Below, one piece after another: positions 14,401 through 28,100 of a stretch of 64,000 nucleotides of DNA; position 1 is the stretch's first letter; each line of letters starts with the position of its first letter. Source of the DNA: Azolla caroliniana. Taxonomy: Eukaryota > Plantae > Polypodiophyta. A model generated the notes under the pieces. It was not told the origin of the DNA. It saw only the letters and a list, made by a program, of their open reading frames with translations, and made no database searches. Both the position numbers and the translations under genes were made by a program. The stretch covers positions 62,001-126,000 of the forward strand of contig JBHGNT010000060.1 in the NCBI GenBank assembly GCA_043228905.1, read 5' to 3'.

Positions 14401-16184
14401 ACATTCGTATCGAATCTAAGAACGCTAGCTATGCTATAGAATTAAAAAATCCAGATTTTGAAACTCAGGTCGAGAGACATGAAGAAATTAGCACATTTGA
14501 GGAGGGACTTGAGAAGAGCCCATGAGTCAATTAAAATGTTCATACCTGGCTCGTGTGATATCGGATTTTTGTGTTCAAACATGCGTATCGAAGCTAACAA
14601 CGCTAGCTATGCTATAGAATAAAAAAATCAAGATTTTGAAACTCAGGTCGAGAGAAATAAAGAAATTAGCACATTTGAGGAGGTAGTGGAGAACAGCCCG
14701 TTAGGAAATAAAAAAGTTCATACCTGGCTCGTGTGATATCGGATTTTTGTGTTCAAACATGCGTATCGAATCTAAGAACGCTAGCTATGCTATAGAATTA
14801 AAAAATCCAGATTTTGAAACTCAGGTCGAGAGACATGAAGAAATTAGCACATTTGAGGAGGGACTTGAGAAGAGCCCATGAGTCAATTAAAATGTTCATA
14901 CCTGGCTCGTGTGATATCGGATTTTTGTGTTCAAACATGCGTATCGAAGCTAACAACGCTAGCTATGCTATAGAATTAAAAAATGCAGATTTTGAAACTC
15001 AGGTCGAGAGAAATAAAGAAATTAGCACATTTGAGGAGGTAGTGGAGAACAGCCCGTTAGGAAATAAAAAAGTTCATACCTGGCTCGTGTGATATCGGAT
15101 TTTTGTGTTCAAACATGCGTATCGAATCTAAGAACGCTAGCTATGCTATAGAATTAAAAAATCCAGATTTTGAAACTCAGGTCGAGAGACATGAAGAAAT
15201 TAGCACATTTGAGGAGGGACTTGAGAAGAGCCCATGAGTCAATTAAAATGTTCATACCTGGCTCGTGTGATATCGGATTTTTGTGTTCAAACATGCGTAT
15301 CGAAGCTAACAACGCTAGCTATGCTATAGAATAAAAAAATCAAGATTTTGAAACTCAGGTCGAGAGACATGAAGAAATTAGCAAATTAGAGGAGGGACTT
15401 GAAAAGAGGCCGTGAGTCAATTAAAATGTTCATACCAGGCTCGTGTGATATCGGATTTTTGAGTTCAAACATGCGTATCGAAGCTAACAACGCTAGTTAT
15501 GCTATAGAATTAAAAAATGAAGATTTTGAAACTCAGGTCGAGAGACATGAAGAAATTAGCACATTTGAGGAGGGACTTGAGGAGAGCCCATGAGTCAATT
15601 AAAATGTTCATACCTGGCTCGTGTGATATCGGATTTTTGTGTTCAAACATGCGTATCGAAGCTAAGAACGCTAGCTATGCTATAGAATTAAAAAATCCAG
15701 ATTTTGAAACTCAGGTCGAGAGACATGAAGAAATTAGCACATTTGAGGAGGGACTTGAGAAGAGCCCATGAGTCAATTAAAATGTTCATACCTGGCTCGT
15801 GTGATATCGGATTTTTGTGTTCAAACATGCGTATTGAAGCTAACAACGCTACCTATGATATGGAATTAAAAAATGCAGATTTTGAAACTCATGTCGAGAG
15901 ACATGAAGAAATTAGCACATTTGAGGAGGTAGTGGAGAACAGCCCGTTAGGAAATAAAAATGTTCATACCTGGCTCGTGTGATATCGGATTTTTGTGTTC
16001 AAACATGCGTATCGAATCTAAGAACGCTAGCTATGCTATAGAATTAAAAAATCCAGATTTTGAAACTCAGGTCGAGAGACATGAAGAAATTAGCACATTT
16101 GAGGAGGGACTTGAGAAGAGCCCATGAGTCAATTAAAATGTTCATACCTGGCTCGTGTGATATCGGATTTTTGTGTTCAAACAT
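8470..16184 (+). repeat. Higher-order repeat, copy 2 of the 7833-bp duplication
   Basis: Matches 637-8351. The only difference I found is 3909 a vs 11742 g. Confidence 0.92.
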
Positions 16185-19100
16185 TCGTATCGAATCTAAG
16201 AACGCTAGCTATGCTATAGAATTAAAAAATCCAGATTTTGAAACTCAAGTCGAGAGACATGAAGAAATTAGCACATTTGAGGAGGGACTTGAGAAGAGCC
16301 CATGAGTCAATTAAAATGTTCATACCTGGCTCGTGTGATATCGGATTTTTGTGTTCAAACATGCGTATCGAAGCTAACAACGCTAGCTATGCTATAGAAT
16401 AAAAAAATCAAGATTTTGAAACTCAGGTCGAGAGAAATAAAGAAATTAGCACATTTGAGGAGGTAGTGGAGAACAGCCCGTTAGGAAATAAAAAAGTTCA
16501 TACCTGGCTCGTGTGATATCGGATTTTTGTGTTCAAACATGCGTATCGAATCTAAGAACGCTAGCTATGCTATAGAATTAAAAAATCCAGATTTTGAAAC
16601 TCAGGTCGAGAGACATGAAGAAATTAGCACATTTGAGGAGGGACTTGAGAAGAGCCCATGAGTCAATTAAAATGTTCATACCTGGCTCGTGTGATATCGG
16701 ATTTTTGTGTTCAAACATGCGTATCGAAGCTAACAACGCTAGCTATGCTATAGAATAAAAAAATCAAGATTTTGAAACTCAGGTCGAGAGACATGAAGAA
16801 ATTAGCACATTTGAGGAGGGACTTGAGAAGAGCCCATGAGTCAATTAAATTGTTCATACCTGGCTCCTGTGATATCGGATTTTTGTGTTCAAACATTCGT
16901 ATCGAAGCTAACAACGCTAGCTATGCTATAGAATAAAAAAATCCAGATTTTGAAACTCAAGTCGAGAGACATGAAGAAATTAGCACATTTGAGGAGGGAC
17001 TTGAGAAGAGCCCATGAGTCAATTAAAATGTTCATACCTGGCTCGTGTGATATCGGATTTTTGTGTTCAAACATGCGTATCGAAGCTAACAACGCTAGCT
17101 ATGCTATAGAATAAAAAAATCAAGATTTTGAAACTCAGGTCGAGAGACATGAAGAAATTAGCACATTTGAGGAGGGACTTGAGAAGAGCCCATGAGTCAA
17201 TTAAAATGTTCATACCTGGCTCGTGTGATATCGGATTTTTGTGTTCAAACATGCGTATTGAAGCTAACAACGCTACCTATGATATGGAATTAAAAAATGC
17301 AGATTTTGAAACTCATGTCGAGAGACATGAAGAAATTAGCACATTTGAGGAGGTAGTGGAGAACAGCCCGTTAGGAAATAAAAATGTTCATACCTGGCTC
17401 GTGTGATATCGGATTTTTGTGTTCAAACATGCGTATCGAATCTAAGAACGCTAGCTATGCTATAGAATTAAAAAATCCAGATTTTGAAACTCAGGTCGAG
17501 AGACATGAAGAAATTAGCACATTTGAGGAGGGACTTGAGAAGAGCCCATGAGTCAATTAAAATGTTCATACCTGGCTCGTGTGATATCGGATTTTTGTGT
17601 TCAAACATGCGTATTGAAGCTAACAACGCTACCTATGATATGGAATTAAAAAATGCAGATTTTGAAACTCATGTCGAGAGACATGAAGAAATTAGCACAT
17701 TTGAGGAGGTAGTGGAGAACAGCCCGTTAGGAAATAAAAATGTTCATACCTGGCTCGTGTGATATCGGATTTTTGTGTTCAAACATGCGTATCGAATCTA
17801 AGAACGCTAGCTATGCTATAGAATTAAAAAATCCAGATTTTGAAACTCAGGTCGAGAGACATGAAGAAATTAGCACATTTGAGGAGGGACTTGAGAAGAG
17901 CCCATGAGTCAATTAAAATGTTCATACCTGGCTCGTGTGATATCGGATTTTTGTGTTCAAACATTCGTATCGAATCTAAGAACGCTAGCTATGCTATAGA
18001 ATTAAAAAATCCAGATTTTGAAACTCAAGTCGAGAGACATGAAGAAATTAGCACATTTGAGGAGGGACTTGAGAAGAGCCCATGAGTCAATTAAAATGTT
18101 CATACCTGGCTCGTGTGATATCGGATTTTTGTGTTCAAACATGCGTATCGAAGCTAACAACGCTAGCTATGCTATAGAATAAAAAAATCAAGATTTTGAA
18201 ACTCAGGTCGAGAGACATGAAGAAATTAGCACATTTGAGGAGGGACTTGAGAAGAGCCCATGAGTCAATTAAAATGTTCATACCTGGCTCGTGTGATATC
18301 GGATTTTTGTGTTCAAACATGCGTATCGAAGCTAACAACGCTAGCTATGCTATAGAATAAAAAAATCAAGATTTTGAAACTCAGGTCGAGAGAAATAAAG
18401 AAATTAGCACATTTGAGGAGGTAGTGGAGAACAGCCCGTTAGGAAATAAAAAAGTTCATACCTGGCTCGTGTGATATCGGATTTTTGTGTTCAAACATGC
18501 GTATCGAATCTAAGAACGCTAGCTATGCTATAGAATTAAAAAATCCAGATTTTGAAACTCAGGTCGAGAGACATGAAGAAATTAGCACATTTGAGGAGGG
18601 ACTTGAGAAGAGCCCATGAGTCAATTAAAATGTTCATACCTGGCTCGTGTGATATCGGATTTTTGTGTTCAAACATGCGTATCGAAGCTAACAACGCTAG
18701 CTATGCTATAGAATAAAAAAATCAAGATTTTGAAACTCAGGTCGAGAGACATGAAGAAATTAGCACATTTGAGGAGGGACTTGAGAAGAGCCCATGAGTC
18801 AATTAAATTGTTCATACCTGGCTCCTGTGATATCGGATTTTTGTGTTCAAACATTCGTATCGAAGCTAACAACGCTAGCTATGCTATAGAATAAAAAAAT
18901 CCAGATTTTGAAACTCAAGTCGAGAGACATGAAGAAATTAGCACATTTGAGGAGGGACTTGAGAAGAGCCCATGAGTCAATTAAAATGTTCATACCTGGC
19001 TCGTGTGATATCGGATTTTTGTGTTCAAACATGCGTATCGAAGCTAACAACGCTAGCTATGCTATAGAATAAAAAAATCAAGATTTTGAAACTCAGGTCG

Positions 19101-22100
19101 AGAGAAATAAAGAAATTAGCACATTTGAGGAGGTAGTGGAGAACAGCCCGTTAGGAAATAAAAAAGTTCATACCTGGCTCGTGTGATATCGGATTTTTGT
19201 GTTCAAACATGCGTATCGAATCTAAGAACGCTAGCTATGCTATAGAATTAAAAAATCCAGATTTTGAAACTCAAGTCGAGAGACATGAAGAAATTAGCAC
19301 ATTTGAGGAGGGACTTGAGAAGAGCCCATGAGTCAATTAAAATGTTCATACCTGGCTCGTGTGATATCGGATTTTTGTGTTCAAACATGCGTATCGAAGC
19401 TAACAACGCTAGCTATGCTATAGAATAAAAAAATCAAGATTTTGAAACTCAGGTCGAGAGAAATAAAGAAATTAGCACATTTGAGGAGGTAGTGGAGAAC
19501 AGCCCGTTAGGAAATAAAAAAGTTCATACCTGGCTCGTGTGATATCGGATTTTTGTGTTCAAACATGCGTATCGAATCTAAGAACGCTAGCTATGCTATA
19601 GAATTAAAAAATCCAGATTTTGAAACTCAGGTCGAGAGACATGAAGAAATTAGCACATTTGAGGAGGGACTTGAGAAGAGCCCATGAGTCAATTAAAATG
19701 TTCATACCTGGCTCGTGTGATATCGGATTTTTGTGTTCAAACATGCGTATCGAAGCTAACAACGCTAGCTATGCTATAGAATAAAAAAATCAAGATTTTG
19801 AAACTCAGGTCGAGAGACATGAAGAAATTAGCAAATTAGAGGAGGGACTTGAAAGGAGGCCGTGAGTCAATTAAAATGTTCATACCAGGCTCGTGTGATA
19901 TCGGATTTTTGTGTTCAAACATGCGTATCGAAGCTAACAACGCTAGTTATGCTATAGAATTAAAAAATGAAGATTTTGAAACTCAGGTCGAGAGACATGA
20001 AGAAATTAGCACATTTGAGGAGGGGCTTGAGAAGAGCCCATGAGTCAATTAAAATGTTCATACCTGACTCGTGTGATATCGGATTTTTGTGTTCAAACAT
20101 TCGTATCGAATCTAAGAACGCTAGCTATGCTATAGAATTAAAAAATCCAGATTTTGAAACTCAGGTCGAGAGACATGAAGAAATTAGCACATTTGAGGAG
20201 GGACTTGAGAAGAGCCCATGAGTCAATTAAAATGTTCATACCTGGCTCGTGTGATATCGGATTTTTGTGTTCAAACATGCGTATCGAAGCTAACAACGCT
20301 AGCTATGCTATAGAATAAAAAAATCAAGATTTTGAAACTCAGGTCGAGAGACATAAAGAAATTAGCACATTTGAGGAGGTAGTGGAGAACAGCCCGTTAG
20401 GAAATAAAAAAGTTCATACCTGGCTCGTGTGATATCGGATTTTTGTGTTCAAACATGCGTATCGAAGCTAAGAACGCTAGCTATGCTATAGAATTAAAAA
20501 ATCCAGATTTTGAAACTCAGGTCGAGAGACATGAAGAAATTAGCACATTTGAGGAGGGACTTGAGAAGAGCCCATGAGTCAATTAAAATGTTCATACCTG
20601 GCTCGTGTGATATCGGATTTTTGTGTTCAAACATGCGTATCGAAGCTAACAACGCTAGCTATGCTATAGAATAAAAAAATCAAGATTTTGAAACTCAGGT
20701 CGAGAGACATGAAGAAATTAGCAAATTAGAGGAGGGACTTGAAAAGAGGCCGTGAGTCAATTAAAGTGTTCATACCAGGCTCGTGTGATATCGGATTTTT
20801 GTGTTCAAACATGCGTATCGAAGCTAACAACGCTAGTTATGCTATAGAATTAAAAAATGAAGATTTTGAAACTCAGGTCGAGAGACATGAAGAAATTAGC
20901 ACATTTGAGGAGGGACTTGAGAAGAGCCCATGAGTCAATTAAAATGTTCATACCTGGCTCGTGTGATATCGGATTTTTGTGTTCAAACATGCGTATCGAA
21001 GCTAAGAACGCTAGCTATGCTATAGAATTAAAAAATCCAGATTTTGAAACTCAGGTCGAGAGACATGAAGAAATTAGCACATTTGAGGAGGGACTTGAGA
21101 AGAGCCCATGAGTCAATTAAAATGTTCATACCTGGCTCGTGTGATATCGGATTTTTGTGTTCAAACATGCGTATCGAAGCTAACAACGCTAGCTATGCTA
21201 TAGAATAAAAAAATCAAGATTTTGAAACTCAGGTCGAGAGACATGAAGAAATTAGCAAATTAGAGGAGGGACTTGAAAAGAGGCCGTGAGTCAATTAAAA
21301 TGTTCATACCTGGCTCGTGTGATATCGGATTTTTGTGTTCAAACATGCGTATCGAAGCTAACAACACTAGCTATGATATAGAATAAAAAAATCAAGATTT
21401 TGAAACTCAGGTCGAGAGACATGAAGAAATTAGCACATTTGAGGAGGGACTTGAGAAGAGCCCATGAGTCAATTAAAATGTTCATACCTGGCTCGTGTGA
21501 TATCGGATTTTTGTGTTCAAACATGCGTATTGAAGCTAACAACGCTACCTATGATATGGAATTAAAAAATGCAGATTTTGAAACTCATGTCGAGAGACAT
21601 GAAGAAATTAGCACATTTGAGGAGGTAGTGGAGAACAGCCCGTTAGGAAATAAAAATGTTCATACCTGGCTCGTGTGATATCGGATTTTTGTGTTCAAAC
21701 ATGCGTATCGAATCTAAGAACGCTAGCTATGCTATAGAATTAAAAAATCCAGATTTTGAAACTCAGGTCGAGAGACATGAAGAAATTAGCACATTTGAGG
21801 AGGGACTTGAGAAGAGCCCATGAGTCAATTAAAATGTTCATACCTGGCTCGTGTGATATCGGATTTTTGTGTTCAAACATTCGTATCGAATCTAAGAACG
21901 CTAGCTATGCTATAGAATTAAAAAATCCAGATTTTGAAACTCAAGTCGAGAGACATGAAGAAATTAGCACATTTGAGGAGGGACTTGAGAAGAGCCCATG
22001 AGTCAATTAAAATGTTCATACCTGGCTCGTGTGATATCGGATTTTTGTGTTCAAACATGCGTATCGAAGCTAACAACGCTAGCTATGCTATAGAATAAAA

Positions 22101-25100
22101 AAATCAAGATTTTGAAACTCAGGTCGAGAGAAATAAAGAAATTAGCACATTTGAGGAGGTAGTGGAGAACAGCCCGTTAGGAAATAAAAAAGTTCATACC
22201 TGGCTCGTGTGATATCGGATTTTTGTGTTCAAACATGCGTATCGAATCTAAGAACGCTAGCTATGCTATAGAATTAAAAAATCCAGATTTTGAAACTCAG
22301 GTCGAGAGACATGAAGAAATTAGCACATTTGAGGAGGGACTTGAGAAGAGCCCATGAGTCAATTAAAATGTTCATACCTGGCTCGTGTGATATCGGATTT
22401 TTGTGTTCAAACATGCGTATCGAAGCTAACAACGCTAGCTATGCTATAGAATAAAAAAATCAAGATTTTGAAAGTCAGGTCGAGAGACATGAAGAAATTA
22501 GCACATTTGAGGAGGGACTTGAGAAGAGCCCATGAGTCAATTAAATTGTTCATACCTGGCTCCTGGGATATCGGATTTTTGTGTTCAAACATTCGTATCG
22601 AAGCTAACAACGCTAGCTATGCTATAGAATAAAAAAATCCAGATTTTGAAACTCAAGTCGAGAGACATGAAGAAATTAGCACATTTGAGGAGGGACTTGA
22701 GAAGAGCCCATGAGTCAATTAAAATGTTCATACCTGGCTCGTGTGATATCGGATTTTTGTGTTCAAACATGCGTATCGAAGCTAACAACGCTAGCTATGC
22801 TATAGAATAAAAAAATCAAGATTTTGAAACTCAGGTCGAGAGAAATAAAGAAATTAGCACATTTGAGGAGGTAGTGGAGAACAGCCCGTTAGGAAATAAA
22901 AAAGTTCATACCTGGCTCGTGTGATATCGGATTTTTGTGTTCAAACATGCGTATCGAATCTAAGAACGCTAGCTATGCTATAGAATTAAAAAATCCAGAT
23001 TTTGAAACTCAGGTCGAGAGACATGAAGAAATTAGCACATTTGAGGAGGGACTTGAGAAGAGCCCATGAGTCAATTAAAATGTTCATACCTGGCTCGTGT
23101 GATATCGGATTTTTGTGTTCAAACATGCGTATCGAAGCTAACAACGCTAGCTATGCTATAGAATAAAAAAATCAAGATTTTGAAACTCAGGTCGAGAGAC
23201 ATGAAGAAATTAGCAAATTAGAGGAGGGACTTGAAAAGAGGCCGTGAGTCAATTAAAATGTTCATACCTGGCTCGTGTGATATCGGATTTTTGTGTTCAA
23301 ACATGCGTATCGAAGCTAACAACACTAGCTATGATATAGAATAAAAAAATCAAGATTTTGAAACTCAGGTCGAGAGACATGAAGAAATTAGCACATTTGA
23401 GGAGGGACTTGAGAAGAGCCCATGAGTCAATTAAAATGTTCATACCTGGCTCGTGTGATATCGGATTTTTGTGTTCAAACATGCGTATTGAAGCTAACAA
23501 CGCTACCTATGATATGGAATTAAAAAATGCAGATTTTGAAACTCATGTCGAGAGACATGAAGAAATTAGCACATTTGAGGAGGTAGTGGAGAACAGCCCG
23601 TTAGGAAATAAAAATGTTCATACCTGGCTCGTGTGATATCGGATTTTTGTGTTCAAACATGCGTATCGAATCTAAGAACGCTAGCTATGCTATAGAATTA
23701 AAAAATCCAGATTTTGAAACTCAGGTCGAGAGACATGAAGAAATTAGCACATTTGAGGAGGGACTTGAGAAGAGCCCATGAGTCAATTAAAATGTTCATA
23801 CCTGGCTCGTGTGATATCGGATTTTTGTGTTCAAACATGCGTATCGAAGCTAACAACGCTAGCTATGCTATAGAATTAAAAAATCCAGATTTTGAAACTC
23901 AGGTCGAGAGACATGAAGAAATTAGCACATTTGAGGAGGGACTTGAGAAGAGCCCATGAGTCAATTAAAATGTTCATACCTGGCTCGTGTGATATCGGAT
24001 TTTTGTGTTCAAACATGCGTATCGAAGCTAACAACGCTAGCTATGCTATAGAATAAAAAAATCAAGATTTTGAAACTCAGGTCGAGAGACATGAAGAAAT
24101 TAGCAAATTAGAGGAGGGACTTGAAAAGAGGCCGTGAGTCAATTAAAATGTTCATACCTGGCTCGTGTGATATCGGATTTTTGTGTTCAAACATGCGTAT
24201 CGAAGCTAACAACACTAGCTATGATATAGAATAAAAAAATCAAGATTTTGAAACTCAGGTCGAGAGACATGAAGAAATTAGCACATTTGAGGAGGGACTT
24301 GAGAAGAGCCCATGAGTCAATTAAAATGTTCATACCTGGCTCGTGTGATATCGGATTTTTGTGTTCAAACATGCGTATTGAAGCTAACAACGCTACCTAT
24401 GATATGGAATTAAAAAATGCAGATTTTGAAACTCATGTCGAGAGACATGAAGAAATTAGCACATTTGAGGAGGTAGTGGAGAACAGCCCGTTAGGAAATA
24501 AAAATGTTCATACCTGGCTCGTGTGATATCGGATTTTTGTGTTCAAACATGCGTATCGAATCTAAGAACGCTAGCTATGCTATAGAATTAAAAAATCCAG
24601 ATTTTGAAACTCAGGTCGAGAGACATGAAGAAATTAGCACATTTGAGGAGGGACTTGAGAAGAGCCCATGAGTCAATTAAAATGTTCATACCTGGCTCGT
24701 GTGATATCGGATTTTTGTGTTCAAACATTCGTATCGAATCTAAGAACGCTAGCTATGCTATAGAATTAAAAAATCCAGATTTTGAAACTCAGGTCGAGAG
24801 ACATGAAGAAATTAGCACATTTGAGGAGGGACTTGAGAAGAGCCCATGAGTCAATTAAAATGTTCATACCTGGCTCGTGTGATATCGGATTTTTGTGTTC
24901 AAACATGCGTATCGAAGCTAACAACGCTAGCTATGCTATAGAATAAAAAAATCAAGATTTTGAAACTCAGGTCGAGAGAAATAAAGAAATTAGCACATTT
25001 GAGGAGGTAGTGGAGAACAGCCCGTTAGGAAATAAAAAAGTTCATACCTGGCTCGTGTGATATCGGATTTTTGTGTTCAAACATGCGTATCGAATCTAAG

Positions 25101-28100
25101 AACGCTAGCTATGCTATAGAATTAAAAAATCCAGATTTTGAAACTCAGGTCGAGAGACATGAAGAAATTAGCACATTTGAGGAGGGACTTGAGAAGAGCC
25201 CATGAGTCAATTAAAATGTTCATACCTGGCTCGTGTGATATCGGATTTTTGTGTTCAAACATGCGTATCGAAGCTAACAACGCTAGCTATGCTATAGAAT
25301 AAAAAAATCAAGATTTTGAAACTCAGGTCGAGAGAAATAAAGAAATTAGCACATTTGAGGAGGTAGTGGAGAACAGCCCGTTAGGAAATAAAAAAGTTCA
25401 TACCTGGCTCGTGTGATATCGGATTTTTGTGTTCAAACATGCGTATCGAATCTAAGAACGCTAGCTATGCTATAGAATTAAAAAATCCAGATTTTGAAAC
25501 TCAGGTCGAGAGACATGAAGAAATTAGCACATTTGAGGAGGGACTTGAGAAGAGCCCATGAGTCAATTAAAATGTTCATACCTGGCTCGTGTGATATCGG
25601 ATTTTTGTGTTCAAACATGCGTATCGAAGCTAACAACGCTAGCTATGCTATAGAATTAAAAAATCCAGATTTTGAAACTCAGGTCGAGAGACATGAAGAA
25701 ATTAGCACATTTGAGGAGGGACTTGAGAGGAGCCCATGAGTCAATTAAAATGTTCATACCTGGCTCGTGTGATATCGGATTTTTGTGTTCAAACATGCGT
25801 ATCGAAGCTAACAACGCTAGCTATGCTATAGAATAAAAAAATCAAGATTTTGAAACTCAGGTCGAGAGACATGAAGAAATTAGCAAATTAGAGGAGGGAC
25901 TTGAAAAGAGGCCGTGAGTCAATTAAAGTGTTCATACCAGGCTCGTGTGATATCGGATTTTTGTGTTCAAACATGCGTATCGAAGCTAACAACGCTAGTT
26001 ATGCTATAGAATTAAAAAATGAAGATTTTGAAACTCAGGTCGAGAGACATGAAGAAATTAGCACATTTGAGGAGGTAGTGGAGAACAGCCCGTGAGTCAA
26101 TTAAAATGTTCATACCTGGCTCGTGTGACATCGTATTTTTATGTTCAAACATGCGTATGGAAGCTAACAACGCTACCTATGCTATAGAATAAAAAAATCA
26201 AGATTTTGAAACTCAGGTCGAGAGACATGAAGAAATTAGCACATTTGAGGAGGGACTTGAGAAGAGCCCATGAGTCAATTAAAATGTTCATACCTGGCTC
26301 GTGTGATATCGGATTTTTGTGTTCAAACATGCGTATCGAAGCTAACAACGCTAGCTATGCTATAGAATTAAAAAATCCAGATTTTGAAACTCAGGTCGAG
26401 AGACATGAAGAAATTAGCACATTTGAGGAGGGACTTGAGAAGAGCCCATGAGTCAATTAAAATGTTCATACCTGGCTCGTGTGATATCGGATTTTTGTGT
26501 TCAAACATGCGTATCGAAGCTAACAACGCTAGCTATGCTATAGAATAAAAAAATCAAGATTTTGAAACTCAGGTCGAGAGACATGAAGAAATTAGCAAAT
26601 TAGAGGAGGGACTTGAAAAGAGGCCGTGAGTCAATTAAAATGTTCATACCAGGCTCGTGTGATATCGGATTTTTGTGTTCAAACATGCGTATCGAAGCTA
26701 ACAACGCTAGTTATGCTATAGAATTAAAAAATGAAGATTTTGAAACTCAGGTCGAGAGACATGAAGAAATTAGCACATTTGAGGAGGGACTTGAGAAGAG
26801 CCCATGAGTCAATTAAAATGTTCATACCTGGCTCGTGTGATATCGGATTTTTGTGTTCAAACATGCGTATCGAAGCTAAGAACGCTAGCTATGCTATAGA
26901 ATTAAAAAATCGAGATTTTGAAACTCAGGTCGAGAGACATGAAGAAATTAGCAAATTAGAGGAGGGACTTGAAAAGAGTCCGTGAGTCAATTAAAATGTT
27001 CATACCAGGCTCGTGTGATATCGGATTTTTGTGTTCAAACATGCGTATAGAAGCTAACAACGCTAGTTATGCTATAGAATTAAAAAATGAAGATTTTGAA
27101 ACTCAGGTCGAGAGACATGAAGAAATTAGCACATTTGAGGAGGGACTTGAGAAGAGCCCATGAGTCAATTAAAATGTTCATACCTGGCTCGTGTGATATC
27201 GGATTTTTGTGTTCAAACATGCGTATCGAAGCTAACAACGCTAGCTATGATATAGAATAAAAAAATCAAGATTTTGAAACTCAGGTCGAGAGACATGAAG
27301 AAATTAGCACATTTGAGGAGGGACTTGAGAAGAGCCCATGAGTCAATTAAAATGTTCATACCTGGCTCGTGTGATATCGGATTTTTGTGTTCAAACATGC
27401 GTATTGAAGCTAACAACGCTACCTATGATATGGAATTAAAAAATGCAGATTTTGAAACTCATGTCGAGAGACATGAAGAAATTAGCACATTTGAGGAGGT
27501 AGTGGAGAACAGCCCGTTAGGAAATAAAAATGTTCATACCTGGCTCGTGTGATATCGGATTTTTGTGTTCAAACATGCGTATCGAATCTAAGAACGCTAG
27601 CTATGCTATAGAATTAAAAAATCCAGATTTTGAAACTCAGGTCGAGAGACATGAAGAAATTAGCACATTTGAGGAGGGACTTGAGAAGAGCCCATGAGTC
27701 AATTAAAATGTTCATACCTGGCTCGTGTGATATCGGATTTTTGTGTTCAAACATTCGTATCGAATCTAAGAACGCTAGCTATGCTATAGAATTAAAAAAT
27801 CCAGATTTTGAAACTCAGGTCGAGAGACATGAAGAAATTAGCACATTTGAGGAGGGACTTGAGAAGAGCCCATGAGTCAATTAAAATGTTCATACCTGGC
27901 TCGTGTGATATCGGATTTTTGTGTTCAAACATGCGTATCGAAGCTAACAACGCTAGCTATGCTATAGAATAAAAAAATCAAGATTTTGAAACTCAGGTCG
28001 AGAGACATGAAGAAATTAGCAAATTAGAGGAGGGACTTGAAAAGAGGCCGTGAGTCAATTAAAATGTTCATACCAGGCTCGTGTGATATCGGATTTTTGT

